A DNA stretch of 60,133 nt, counting the filler. It is 9 parts of 9 records of this genome, joined end to end, with 100 filler letters (N's around TTAATTAATTAA, not from the genome) between each part and the next. Parts side by side here need not be neighbours in the genome. Positions count along the whole stretch, not along the records: positions 28,081 to 33,442 come from SRR31147125_45012; positions 33,543 to 39,737 come from SRR31147125_45024; 7 more parts are not named here. One strand, given 5' to 3'. How positions within the stretch are numbered: position 1 is the first letter of the stretch; every line of letters starts with the position of its first letter. Shown one piece after another: positions 28,538 through 39,837 of this stretch. The translations under genes were made by a program, and so were the position numbers. Below the pieces are notes generated by a model that saw only the letters and a list, made by a program, of their open reading frames with translations, did no database searches and was not told the DNA's origin.

Positions 28538-30040
28538 TTAATATTGAACACCAAAAGCTGCTTTTATAAGCTTCTCTTGGCTGAAATTTTCTCTTATTTC
28601 TTCGCCAACAATCTCACCGTTTCTTACAACAATGATCCTGTCACATATTCCCATTATTTCTGGCAATTCTGATGAAACTACTATTATTGCTTTTCCCTTC
28701 CTCGCATTTCGACCAACCAACTTATATATCTCGGCTTTGGACCCCACATCAATACCGCGTGTTGGTTCATCAAGAATCAGCACTTCCGGCTCTGTTAGCA
28801 ACCATTTCCCAAGAATCGCTTTCTGCTGATTCCCTCCGCTGAGTAATCCAATCTCTTGTTCTATGCTCGCTACCTTAATTTCCATAACGTCAATCATATT
28901 CATACACTCGTCTTTTTCACGTTTAAAATTAATGAAGCCGAAACTACATACCTTTTTCAGATAAGCAAGAGAAAGATTGATTCGAACAGAAAGCTTGTGT
29001 ATTACTCCCCGGCGCAGCCGGTCTTCTGTTACCATGGCAATTTTATTTGCAATTGCCTGACGGGTATTTTTTATCTTTACTTCTTTACCATGAATTAGTA
29101 TCTTACCTGACGATAACTTATCGACACCAAAAATTCCCTGCATAATCTCCGTTCGTCCGGCCCCCATCAAACCACAGAAGCCCAATATTTCTCCACTGTG
29201 AACCTTAAAACTAATATCCTTAAAGAAACCCTTCCGGCATATATCTCTCGCTTCAAATACAATGTCCCCAATCTCCACGTCTTCTTTTGGATACAATTTT
29301 TCTAATTTTCTTCCTACCATTAGACTTATTAACTCATCATGAGTAATATCATCTACCATGTTAGAAGATACAAACTTTCCGTCACGTAAAACGGTGATTC
29401 TTGAGCATATTGCATAAAGTTCTTCCAGTTTGTGCGATATAAATATGATTGATTTTCCCTTGGTAAGCAAATCGCGTATAATAGCATATAGCTTATCAAT
29501 TTCCCTATTGGTTAGCGCACTAGTCGGTTCATCCATAATAATGATGTCTGAGTTATAGGATATCGCTCGAGCAATTTCCACCAACTGCATGTTTGCAACG
29601 CTTAGTTTCGATACCACTATATTCGGATCTAGGTCAATCTTCATCTGACTAAGCAATTCATTTGTTGCTGCTAAACGCTTTTCAACGGATAAAATACCAA
29701 ATCTGCTAAATCTATTTTCCCGCCCTATCCAAATATTCTCTGCAACACTCATGTTGGGCACTAAAGTCAGCTCCTGATGAATCATCGAAATGCCCATTTT
29801 TAATGCATCTGCCGGAAATTTTGGTGAATATCTCTCACCTTTGTACACCATTGTCCCTTCATCAGCCATATAACTTCCTAGCAAAATCTTCATAAGAGTT
29901 GACTTTCCTGCTCCGTTCTCACCAATTAGCGCATGCGCTTCGCCCATGTTTAATTCAAATGAAACCTTGTCTAAAGCCTTAACTCCCGGGAATGTCTTAG
30001 ATATCCCGTTCATTTTCAGCAACGTTTCGCCTTCTGTCAT
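28538..30040 (-). CDS. Sugar ABC transporter ATP-binding protein (RbsA/MglA-like, two NBDs)
   Basis: GENGAGKST, MDEPTSAL, LSGGNQQK, LDEPTRGIDVG. Confidence 0.95.
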   Translation of the reverse strand: MTEGETLLKMNGISKTFPGVKALDKVSFELNMGEAHALIGENGAGKSTLMKILLGSYMADEGTMVYKGERYSPKFPADALKMGISMIHQELTLVPNMSVAENIWIGRENRFSRFGILSVEKRLAATNELLSQMKIDLDPNIVVSKLSVANMQLVEIARAISYNSDIIIMDEPTSALTNREIDKLYAIIRDLLTKGKSIIFISHKLEELYAICSRITVLRDGKFVSSNMVDDITHDELISLMVGRKLEKLYPKEDVEIGDIVFEARDICRKGFFKDISFKVHSGEILGFCGLMGAGRTEIMQGIFGVDKLSSGKILIHGKEVKIKNTRQAIANKIAMVTEDRLRRGVIHKLSVRINLSLAYLKKVCSFGFINFKREKDECMNMIDVMEIKVASIEQEIGLLSGGNQQKAILGKWLLTEPEVLILDEPTRGIDVGSKAEIYKLVGRNARKGKAIIVVSSELPEIMGICDRIIVVRNGEIVGEEIRENFSQEKLIKAAFGVQY

Positions 30041-30135
30041 TTTTAACTTCTCCGTTATAAATAGTCATCCTATTTGAGCAGTAAACGCCGCTATACGGCG
30101 CTTACTGCTCTACTCATTAATAGGTATCCAAAGCT

Positions 30136-31116
30136 TTATTCAACATTTTCAATAGTTACCGCCGTTATGGCGTTTGGATATGTTTGTTTCTCCAATGTTT
30201 CTCCAGCCATGGTTTTTTCACAGCATTCAAGTGCAACAGCCGCTTCTTTATTCACATCTCGAGCAGCTGTACAATCCAATTCACCGGCCTTCACAGATGC
30301 AATACCCTCATCAGACCCATCAACACCTAGAATCAGCACCTCATCCATGTCTTTCCCAGCTGCTTTCAAAGCCTGGATGCAACCCAGCGCCATCTCATCA
30401 CTCATTGCGACGAATATATTCATGTTCGGATAAGCTTGTAACCAATCTTCTGTCAAACTCATAGCACCATCAGCTGTCCAACCGCCCTCTCCCTCAGCCA
30501 ATTTATTAGCTGCAGTACAGGTCTCAAAGAAACCATACATACGGGGCATAGCACCTTCCATTGAATACATTCCAACAATATATCCAACATTAGCAACCCT
30601 GCCGGAATCCTCAGCTAACCATTCATTCACATACTCCCCTTGAATAACGCCATTTTGGTATTGATCGTCCGATACAAGGGTTACGTAATCTTCCGATGCT
30701 ACTAGGAAATCAGACAGTACCACTGGAATATTTGCTTGTTTCAAAGCGTCAAGTGCTGGTACTATACCGTCTTCGCTATAGGCATGAACAACCGCTACAT
30801 CAATGCCTTGCTGAATTAGGGATTCAACATCGCTGATCTGTTTGTCAGCAGAACTATCGGCGTTTGTAGCAACAACCTCATACCCCTTGTTTTCAGCCTG
30901 TTCTTTAAACTCATTTAGCCAGCTAGACCGAAACTCATCAGCCGAATTCATAGATACACCAATTTTCATTTCAGTGGCTGTCTGCTCTGTAATATCGTCT
31001 GTTGTTGCGGTTGCTTCCCCTGTTGGTGAGGATGCTATTTCATTGCTGGTGCACGCCGTCAATACACCAAAGGCTAAAACACAAACCACGACGACTATAC
31101 TTGTTAGTTTTTTCAT
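30136..31116 (-). CDS. Sugar ABC substrate-binding lipoprotein (RbsB-like)
   Basis: Lipobox TAC; QISDVESLI, D.MALG, GVDG. Confidence 0.9.
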   Translation of the reverse strand: MKKLTSIVVVVCVLAFGVLTACTSNEIASSPTGEATATTDDITEQTATEMKIGVSMNSADEFRSSWLNEFKEQAENKGYEVVATNADSSADKQISDVESLIQQGIDVAVVHAYSEDGIVPALDALKQANIPVVLSDFLVASEDYVTLVSDDQYQNGVIQGEYVNEWLAEDSGRVANVGYIVGMYSMEGAMPRMYGFFETCTAANKLAEGEGGWTADGAMSLTEDWLQAYPNMNIFVAMSDEMALGCIQALKAAGKDMDEVLILGVDGSDEGIASVKAGELDCTAARDVNKEAAVALECCEKTMAGETLEKQTYPNAITAVTIENVE

Positions 31117-31143
31117 ATTCTCCTCCTTGTTATTTATTACGTT

Positions 31144-32841
31144 TTATTCTTGTTCTAAATCATTTAAAATACTTATAGAACAAAATTTATATGTTTCAGC
31201 ATCCGAAATACCACTGTTGAATACTTCGTCAAGCTCCTCTTGTGTAATAAGCCTACCCTCATATGTCACAATCAGATTGCCTGTTATAGCTTCCAAAACC
31301 GCGTCAGTGCCCTTTTCTTTATATGAATTTACACATGTTTGCATCCACAGAATATAATCCGGCGTTATCATAGTTCCGGCATGTCCAGCATTCAATGCAT
31401 CAATTTTACAAGCACTTGTTCCGATTCCGAGCCGCGCAACTAGTTTTTCTAATTCTCCAATCCATACATCTAATTTGCTTACCGCAACTCTTGTACCACC
31501 CTTATATGTCTGAGCGCCTACTATATCACCACTAAACAGTATTCGATCCGTCACATTAAGAAGACCGGTACCATAGTCAGTATGTCCAGCCATCTGAACA
31601 ACTTCAAACTCTTTTCCTGCCACGCTTAGTCTATCGCCATCGTTTACATAGGTCACTTTATCCTCGAAACGAGTTTTAAAGTCATCCATGAGATCATAGT
31701 CGCTGAAGTAGGTGGACGCCGTCTCATTTGCCGGGTAGTATATTCTACCAATATCATTCGCATCAAAATACTGTAGATTTAGGAAGTGGTCTCCGTGTCC
31801 GTGTGTAATGTATATATGGAGTTCCCGAGATCCAATAAGTTCTTTGACTTGTTTAACAAAGTCTTCACCACTATAGTAGTCTGTATCAATCAATAAAGCT
31901 TGTTCATCATTCATAATAAGCGGCATACTCTGAAGATCAGTATCCTTAATTAAGTAGAAGAGATCTTTATAATTCACCGCAAAGAATTCCGTCTTCCCAA
32001 TTGTTGCATCTTCAATTGAATCCTGAACCAGGTTGTATCCAAGATAACCGTTTGTTTGAACGTGGAAAGTTAATTTCGCAGTACCATATTCAACAATATA
32101 ATTGTCTGTTACCTGAGAATCGTCGTACTTATAAATCATGTCATCATCAAAGTTCATGATTTTGCCAACCAACGTGGACATATCGGATAAATATGTCGTT
32201 TCTACCATGTTGCCTTCTCCGTCAAACACGGAAGGCTCTGGAATACCCGATGTCGCCTTTTCCATTTTCTTCACTTCGGCATAGAATCTTACCATTGCAA
32301 AATAAGAGGCGCCCGTTGTGTACTCATCATCAGTTAGAACCGCTTCGCCATCTCCTATACATTCCCTGACAAAAACTTGGCCATTAGCTTTGTCTACATA
32401 TGCGACGGAATCTGGGATTTCAACCGCGCCGTCAGGAAGCAATACCCCTTCTAATGCCTCAACGCCAGACAACTCAACAACACCGATAGTTCGTCCCCCC
32501 AAATCATAACTATCTTCTGGGCTGTCCGTAGCAGTAACATACAACACCTCCTTGCCTTGTGTATACTCATTGTTAAGGCTGGTTACATTTTCTGTTATCC
32601 CAATTGCAAGGGTTTTGTTTTCTCCAACAACCAAGTAACCATTAAAACTACCATCTTTAGCAATGGTATAGATGTTTTCTCCAACCTCAGAGTAGGCATA
32701 ACCATCGTCAAAGGTTTGATCAACCGATTGTATTTCTGATGCACTCTCTTCAATCGGCACCGATGTGCTCTCACTCGTACACGCAACCAGCATGCCTAGT
32801 GTCAGAATTAAAGCAAAGATAATCATCATCGTCTTTCTCAT
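31144..32841 (-). CDS. Lipoprotein with C-terminal metallo-beta-lactamase-fold hydrolase domain
   Basis: Lipobox VAC; LLIDT, THGHGDH, GHT, LFSGD, AGH. Confidence 0.85.
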   Translation of the reverse strand: MRKTMMIIFALILTLGMLVACTSESTSVPIEESASEIQSVDQTFDDGYAYSEVGENIYTIAKDGSFNGYLVVGENKTLAIGITENVTSLNNEYTQGKEVLYVTATDSPEDSYDLGGRTIGVVELSGVEALEGVLLPDGAVEIPDSVAYVDKANGQVFVRECIGDGEAVLTDDEYTTGASYFAMVRFYAEVKKMEKATSGIPEPSVFDGEGNMVETTYLSDMSTLVGKIMNFDDDMIYKYDDSQVTDNYIVEYGTAKLTFHVQTNGYLGYNLVQDSIEDATIGKTEFFAVNYKDLFYLIKDTDLQSMPLIMNDEQALLIDTDYYSGEDFVKQVKELIGSRELHIYITHGHGDHFLNLQYFDANDIGRIYYPANETASTYFSDYDLMDDFKTRFEDKVTYVNDGDRLSVAGKEFEVVQMAGHTDYGTGLLNVTDRILFSGDIVGAQTYKGGTRVAVSKLDVWIGELEKLVARLGIGTSACKIDALNAGHAGTMITPDYILWMQTCVNSYKEKGTDAVLEAITGNLIVTYEGRLITQEELDEVFNSGISDAETYKFCSISILNDLEQE

Positions 32842-32993
32842 TGTCCACCTCCAAATTTCATATAATTGATGATATAATAAATTGTATCTTCTAAATATTT
32901 GTTAAGCAATAAAAGTACTGCTTATCCACATTCTCACCCTACCAAATATCGTTTTCATCAACATCATGAGCATAAAAGTGATTTTTTATATTA

Positions 32994-33433
32994 TCAGTGG
33001 CCAACATTTTTTCGGACAATAGCGCAGACATTATCATCCTGCTCCTGCACTGCGCAGTCAACCAGTTCTCCTCTATCCGTTGGGTATACCACAGAGGTAT
33101 GAATCGAGAACAAATTCCTGCCTGTTTCCGTCTGAATCAAATCTGCCAAAGCGTGGACACGACTCACGGCTATGTTGGCAGAAGAAATCGCATTCACCCC
33201 GCTGTTATCAGCGAACGTAAAATAGACAATCAGAATTTTGCTTCTTGCGCCGTCTGTATTACTCCCAGCCTCATTCGATGAAGAATCTGCCGTTTGAGAA
33301 TTTTCTGCGGATTGTGAGCTTTGCTACGTCGTCTGCGGATCGGAAGCAGTGGGCGATTACTTTGACAGTTGCCGCAGGCGACCAGAGAAAGCACCAAAGC
33401 CGCCACTAAGAAAATTACAGTCAATCGCTTCAT
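32994..33433 (-). pseudogene. Degraded flavodoxin-like lipoprotein gene
   Basis: Lipoprotein signal (LVAC), a frameshift and an in-frame TAG, then KILIVYF..ADN...AISSA..ADLIQ.ETG.NLFSI.T...YP.D...L.D.A..EQ, truncated at TGA 32994. Confidence 0.65.
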
Positions 33434-33442
33434 TTAGACCCC

Positions 33443-33542
33443 NNNNNNNNNNNNNNNNNNNNNNNNNNNNNNNNNNNNNNNNNNNNTTAATTAATTAANN
33501 NNNNNNNNNNNNNNNNNNNNNNNNNNNNNNNNNNNNNNNNNN
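33443..33542. other. Artificial contig linker
   Basis: N44-TTAATTAATTAA-N44. Confidence 0.99.
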
Positions 33543-34358
33543 TCTAATTGTCATATGAATATCTTCATCTTTCTGAGTTGGAGTATATATTCTTGCTCTT
33601 CTTACTTTCTGTTTTTCCAGTTCTACTATTTTGAAATCAGGTTCAAAATATGAAAGTTTACACTCCTCTTTTCCAAATGGGTCTATTACCTCTGAACCAC
33701 CTGCAAAGTTAACTCCGTCCTCATATCCAACTCTATGAGAGAATACAAGGTATGAGTTATATATGTCAGCATATGTTCTATTCATATTTTCCCAAGTCTT
33801 GATATTAGATGGTCTCTCCTCAGCTAGACCTCTAGTTGGGCTGTTCGCCATAACAAATATATAATCTGCTCCATCTTGATTAAGAATATACATTGACGAA
33901 GCATGCCAAGCATCTTCACAAATTAGCATACCAAATCTACCAAATTTAGTATCAAATGCTCTTACTTTATTTCCTCTAGAGAAGTATCTGTACTCGTCAA
34001 ACATTCCATATGTTGGAAGGTACACTTTTCTATGTGTATGAACTAACTTACCGTCCTCTAGATAAAATACAGAGTTATAGAAGTTATGTTCTTTCGTCTC
34101 CTCTACGCCTCCAAAAATGATACTTATCTTCTTACTATATTCTAGTAGTTCTTCTGGGATTTCACCCATATCTACCCATTTTGCAACTACTGCAACCATA
34201 TCTTTTAGAAAATAACCTGTTAGTGCAAGTTCTGGAAATACAATCAAATCTGCTTTTTCAGAAATCGCCTTTTCAATATTCTCTTTAATAATCTCTAGGT
34301 TTTTTTCTACATCACCTAAATATGGTTTTATTTGAGCAAGTGCTACTCTGATTTTCAT
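33543..34358 (-). CDS. Nitrilase-superfamily carbon-nitrogen hydrolase (similar to the glutaminase domain of NAD synthetase), 3'-partial
   Basis: Glu-Lys-Cys triad: FPEL, RKVYLPTYGMFDE, ICEDAW. Confidence 0.9.
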
Positions 34359-34487
34359 AATCTTCTCCTCATTATATTAACTTCCAAAATAATACAATAC
34401 ACTAATTTAGAAATTAATATTTTTTAATTATACTTCAATTTTTATTTTAGACTTTTTCTTTTACTTCTTTTTTTATACTTCTAAATT

Positions 34488-36071
34488 TTAATTATCTAAT
34501 ACCGAATTTCCTAATACACTTTTGTAGATATAATACTCATACATATCAAGAAGTGCTTCCCAACTGGCTTTTATTACGTTCGCTGATACCCCAACTGTTC
34601 CGCATTGAACTCCATTAATATCATCTCTTCCTTCAATTAAAACACGTACAAGTGATCTCGTTGCTTCACTGTTTAATATTCTAACCTTATAGTCCTCTAG
34701 TGATATGTGAGTTATTTCGGGATAAACAGTGATAAGTGATTTTTTTATTGCTTCATTTAGAGCATTTACTGGTCCGTTTCCTTCTCCAACCGTATAGAAG
34801 ATCTCATCTTTAACCTTTAATTTTACTGTTGCTTCAGCTATACTTTCTCCGTCTATATACTCCTCACTTATTACTCTAAAGCTCAGTGCATCTATAAACT
34901 TAAACTTTTTATCCAATGTTTTTTGAATAAGTAGTTCAAAAGAAGCTTCTGCTCCTTCATATTCATAACCGTTATTTACTTTTTTCTTTACTTCAGTTAT
35001 TATTTCTCCTACTCTATTTTTATCAATTTCAATAGGTAGACCAAACTCTTTTATTTTGTATAATACATTACTTTTACCAGAAAGGTCAGATATTGATACC
35101 CTTCTTTTATTTCCAACTGACTCAGGAACTACATGTTCATATGTTTCTGGTAGTTTCATAACTGCACTAACATGTATTCCACCTTTATGTGCAAATGCAC
35201 TTGTTCCAACATATGGCATATCCATAGCTGGGTGTTTATTAGCTATTTCACTAATTACACGTGATATAGTTGTTAATTTATTCAAATTCTCACCTAAAAT
35301 ATCATAACCCATCTTTATCTGCAAATTAGGGATTATTTCACAAAGGTTTGCATTACCACACCTTTCACCGTAACCATTCATGGTACCTTGAACCTGAACT
35401 GCACCTTGACGGACAGCTTCTAAAGAATTCGCAGTTGCCATCCCAGTATCATTGTGGCAGTGAATTCCTATTGGCGTATCAAACCTGTTCTTAACTTCAT
35501 TCATTATAGAAGATAGTTCATAATAAGATGTTCCACCATTTGTGTCTGCAAGTACAAGCATATCAGCTCCAGCTTTAACTGCTGCCTCCAAAACCTGCAT
35601 CGCATATTCAGGATTCTTTTTATAACCATCAAAGAAATGCTCTCCAATAAAAAACACTTCATCTATGCTTCTCTTTAAGTACTCTACCGATTCCTCAACT
35701 AGGACTAAATTTTCCTCTAATGAGATACCTAGGCTTTCATGAACATGTATATCCCAAGCTTTACCAAAGATACTTGCTGCATCAGGAGATACTTCTATAA
35801 TTGCATTTAAATTTTTATCATCTTCAACTCTATTTTTATGATATCTTGTACTTCCAAATGTTGCTATTTTTGAGTTTTGAAGACCAATCTCTTTTATTTT
35901 CTTAAAAAATTCCATATCTTTTGGATTTGAACTTGGCCAACCACCCTCTATATAATCAACGCCAAGACTATCAAGCTTTTTTGCTATTCTAATCTTGTCT
36001 TCTACAGAAAAATTTATTCCAAGCATCTGTGTGCCGTCACGTAGTGTTGTATCGTATATTGCTACTCTCAT
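34488..36071 (-). CDS. cimA: Citramalate synthase (LeuA/CimA family)
   Basis: DTTLRDG.Q, IEGGWP.SNPKD, EHFFDG, HCHND, GERCGNA, AFAHKGGIH; start ATG 36071. Confidence 0.92.
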   Translation of the reverse strand: MRVAIYDTTLRDGTQMLGINFSVEDKIRIAKKLDSLGVDYIEGGWPSSNPKDMEFFKKIKEIGLQNSKIATFGSTRYHKNRVEDDKNLNAIIEVSPDAASIFGKAWDIHVHESLGISLEENLVLVEESVEYLKRSIDEVFFIGEHFFDGYKKNPEYAMQVLEAAVKAGADMLVLADTNGGTSYYELSSIMNEVKNRFDTPIGIHCHNDTGMATANSLEAVRQGAVQVQGTMNGYGERCGNANLCEIIPNLQIKMGYDILGENLNKLTTISRVISEIANKHPAMDMPYVGTSAFAHKGGIHVSAVMKLPETYEHVVPESVGNKRRVSISDLSGKSNVLYKIKEFGLPIEIDKNRVGEIITEVKKKVNNGYEYEGAEASFELLIQKTLDKKFKFIDALSFRVISEEYIDGESIAEATVKLKVKDEIFYTVGEGNGPVNALNEAIKKSLITVYPEITHISLEDYKVRILNSEATRSLVRVLIEGRDDINGVQCGTVGVSANVIKASWEALLDMYEYYIYKSVLGNSVLDN

Positions 36072-36122
36072 CTTTCCCCCTATCTGAGATTTACTAAATA
36101 AAAACTTAGTCATCTTCAACTA

Positions 36123-36803
36123 TTAGCCAAGATAGATTAAATCCTCTGGAGTAGTAATCTTTACATTATCATACTCCCCTTTAATCACCTTAACTTTTTT
36201 GCCAAATTTCTCAAGTAAAGATGAATCATCTGTTCCTAAAAACTTTTCCTGCTCCGCTTTTTTATATGCTTCAAGCAAATCTTTTGTTTTAAAAACTTGC
36301 GGCGTATGTGCCGCTACAAGAGAGTTTCTTGCAGGAGTACTCTTTATGATACCGTCTTCATCTACTATTTTAATAGTATCTTTTACACTAACTCCTATAA
36401 CAACTCCACTTATATCCTTTTTTCCACCACTTGTCAATTCATTATACGCATCTTCGATATAGCTACACTTTATAAAGGGTCTAACTCCATCTTGAACTGC
36501 TGTTAATGAATCATAATCATTAATTTGCTTAAGTGCATTGTATACCGAATCCTGTCTCTCTTTACCACCTTCTACAATACATCTAAGCTTAGTTATATTA
36601 AATTTTTTACAATAATCTCTAACTTTCTCTACACAATCTTTATTTGTTACTACTATAATATCTGTTGCTAATTTTGATTCTTGAATAGTTTCAAGTGTTT
36701 TTATAAATATAGGTTTACCATCGTGTTCTAGAAACTGTTTGGGGTAACCAAGCCCCATTCGTTTCCCAACACCTGCTGCTGCTACAACAAAATAATACTT
36801 CAT
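36123..36803 (-). CDS. ispD: 2-C-methyl-D-erythritol 4-phosphate cytidylyltransferase
   Basis: AAGVGKRM...PKQF, GGKERQDSV, DGVRP, TPQ.F, TDD, N.KITTPEDL. Confidence 0.95.
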   Translation of the reverse strand: MKYYFVVAAAGVGKRMGLGYPKQFLEHDGKPIFIKTLETIQESKLATDIIVVTNKDCVEKVRDYCKKFNITKLRCIVEGGKERQDSVYNALKQINDYDSLTAVQDGVRPFIKCSYIEDAYNELTSGGKKDISGVVIGVSVKDTIKIVDEDGIIKSTPARNSLVAAHTPQVFKTKDLLEAYKKAEQEKFLGTDDSSLLEKFGKKVKVIKGEYDNVKITTPEDLIYLG

Positions 36804-36806
36804 AAA

Positions 36807-37589
36807 CTATTCTCCGTCTTTTTTAATTCTTCCAAAGATCATTCTTCCTGCTGCTGTTGGATATACACTTGTAATTACTAAAATCACTAATTCTCCTACG
36901 TGACCTCCACCATCTTCAGCTACAACCATAGTTCCATCTTGAAGATATCCTACAGCTTGACCATCACGGTCACCTTTTTTAATAAGCTCAATTTTAAGCT
37001 CCTCATTAGGAAGTACAACTAGTTTTAATGAATTAGTAAGTTCATTAATATTTAAAACTTTTACTCCTTGAATAGTCGCTACTTTATTAAGGTTAAAATC
37101 CGTTGTGATGATATCTCCATCCATATCTTTTGCAAGTTTTATAAGTTTTGTATCAACTTCCTTTTCCTTATAATCCTTCTCTTCAATCAATACTTCGTAA
37201 CCTTCGATTCCTTGAACTTGTTTAACTAAATCAAGTCCTCTTCTTCCTCTTGCTCTTTTCATATTGTCGCTTGAATCTGAAAGTGTTTGCAATTCTTCAA
37301 GTACAAATTTCGGTACTATTATATCCCCCTCAATAAAACCAGAATTTAGAATATCAGTTATTCTCCCGTCAATAATGATACTGCTGTCTAAAATTTTTGG
37401 TTTTCCTCCAGTAGATTTTTGCTTCTCCTCTTTAAGTTTTTTTAGATACTCAAATAAATGACTTGTAAAATAAGAAGCTGTTACTCCGAAAACAAGAAAA
37501 ATTAATGTATTACTTGGACTAAAGGTAAGACCTACCAATCCAAATAACATCGTCATAATAAGGGTGATAAAAAATGCTTTTACGTCCAT
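36807..37589 (-). CDS. PIN/TRAM domain membrane protein (YacL-like)
   Basis: ILDSSIIIDGRI, VLEELQ, RGRRGLD, DFNLNKVA, GYL.DGTMVV; conserved adjacency to ispD. Confidence 0.92.
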   Translation of the reverse strand: MDVKAFFITLIMTMLFGLVGLTFSPSNTLIFLVFGVTASYFTSHLFEYLKKLKEEKQKSTGGKPKILDSSIIIDGRITDILNSGFIEGDIIVPKFVLEELQTLSDSSDNMKRARGRRGLDLVKQVQGIEGYEVLIEEKDYKEKEVDTKLIKLAKDMDGDIITTDFNLNKVATIQGVKVLNINELTNSLKLVVLPNEELKIELIKKGDRDGQAVGYLQDGTMVVAEDGGGHVGELVILVITSVYPTAAGRMIFGRIKKDGE

Positions 37590-37750
37590 AAAAAATTCCG
37601 CCTCTCTTTCGCCTTTCGGCACCTAACTCATAAAATTCCAAACTAATAAATTTAATAAATCAATCCCAACCCTTGAGTTTTATTGTTTTATATAATAAAT
37701 ATTTTGAAACTCTTTAAAATAATAAGAAAATCCCTTGATTAAAACATCTG

Positions 37751-39737
37751 TTATAAATAAAATATTTTAACTTTTGCTTTATTTTTAAGCTTAGTCATGA
37801 ACTCAGCTTTCTCACCATTCATAGTAATTTGAAGAAGACCACTGTGGTGTTCTTGAAGTAATTTTTCAGGGTCATAGTACTTAAATATATCTGAAACAAT
37901 TGGACAGTTTTCTGCTGGTACTTCATATGTAATAACTGCGTTATTTGGTATTACATTCTCTACAGTTACTGGAAAATCATTCATTCGAATAATTTTCTTT
38001 ACATTTTCAAAGTGTATCTCTGTATCATTAACAATTATTTTAAAAGTTTGCATATCATCAGCTTCTAAAATATCGCTAATTTTTAACTCAGGAATCTCAG
38101 TTTCTTCAACTATCAACTGATCGCCTGACTCAAGCTTAGTATCAAGTGAGAACTCCTCTTCCCCCTTAAATACTTTTACTTTTGGAATTGAAGTTGTTGT
38201 TTTTTGACCATTTAAAGTAAATGTAAACGCTCTCTCTGTTTTACCCTCTAAAATATCCGCTATTGTAAACTCTTCTTTAAACTCTAAATTATCTCTATCC
38301 TGTACTTGATAATTATCCTCTAACTCTTCTCCGTTAATTTTAAATTTTCTATAAAGTTCTTTCTTTTTACCATTTACATGGACAATGAATTTGTTATGCT
38401 CTTTTTTTAAATCTTTAATAGTGCATACAGCATCTCTTCCATCTCTTTGTGGTTTAATCTCTATCACATCGCCATCTTTTATTTTTCTATCTAAACTAGC
38501 GAATTTTCTATTAACTTTTACAAGAGCTCTCTTACCAAACTCCCCGCTTAATATTTTCAGTTTGCCATTTATTTTTATAGTTAATGACTGACCTGCTTTA
38601 CTGTACAAATCTTTTGACTGAATACCAGCAGACAGTAAAACTTCCATTAGTGTCATTTTTTTACTAAATGAAAATACTCTATGAGCTTCATTGTCGATAA
38701 CTATGTTTAAAATATTAAACTCTCTACCATGGAATGCCATATTAGCTATTCCCACAGGGGTTACAAACTCTGCTGTATTTAGTTTAGCTGTTTCATCAAC
38801 CATATTTTTAATAGCTTCCGTTCCTCTAACTGCTACCCTTCCAGACACAAGCGAAACCTTGTCAGCAATCTTCTCTCTAAGTCCTGGTACTAACGAACCG
38901 CCACCGATTAATATAACTGCTTGCGGTGCTCCACCATTTAGCTCAATAATTTTTTCAGATATTTTATTCCCCAAAGTCTCTAATACAGGCTCAATTCTAG
39001 TAAGAGCTTCTGTTGTTGATGTTGATGTTTCAAATCCAAGAACATCTGTATAGTTTACATTATCCTCTGTTCTAAGTTTTTTCTTTACTTGTTCAGCTTC
39101 AACAAAATCAAGTAGATACTCCTGCTCTATCTTCTCTGTAATTTCGTCCCCAGCCATCGGCACCATTCCGTAACCTATAACTCTACCATCTTTCGTTATA
39201 GCAATATCGGAAGTCCCTGCTCCTATATCCACGAGAACTATATTTAGCTTTCTCATATCCTCAGGCACTACTACATTAATTGCTGCAATAGGCTCCAGAG
39301 TTAAATTAACTATATTTAAATCGACTTTTTTTAGCATTGTGTACATACTATCAACTACCATCTTAGGTAGGAAAGTCGCAAGTACTTCAACTTCCAACTC
39401 ATGACCTTTTTGGAATAAAGGATTTTTTATCTCTACACCATCAAGGATAAAATTGGTAACAGTATAACCAACACAATGATAGTTGCTTGATTCTTTTTCT
39501 AAATATTGAATCCCTTCTTGTATTGCAAGAAGTTCAACAGCTAAAACATCATCTTCGGTAATCTCATTCTGGATATCAAAAGATTTTTTTGCTCTTCCTC
39601 TAGAAGTAACAAGACTCCTACCGGCAACTGCTACAGCTACTGAATCAATCTTATCTCCTGTTTCTTCTTCAAGGTCACCCTTTAACTTGCCAACAATTTC
39701 AGCAACCTTTGCTATATCATGAATTTGACCATCAAGC
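37751..39737 (-). CDS. FtsA/PilM-like actin-fold ATPase with long C-terminal extension, 5'-partial
   Basis: Frame is open to the contig end (LDGQIHDI...AVAGRSL...HCVGY); LEPIAA, VDIGAGTSDI, AGDEIT, GGGS, TPVGIA. Confidence 0.85.
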
Positions 39738-39837
39738 NNNNNNNNNNNNNNNNNNNNNNNNNNNNNNNNNNNNNNNNNNNNTTAATTAATTAANNNNNNN
39801 NNNNNNNNNNNNNNNNNNNNNNNNNNNNNNNNNNNNN
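39738..39837. other. Artificial contig linker
   Basis: N44-TTAATTAATTAA-N44. Confidence 0.99.

Noticed and set aside
30074-31357. Plus-strand ORFs 30074-30433 and 30842-31357
   Set aside because: Antisense to the ABC solute-binding and MBL genes
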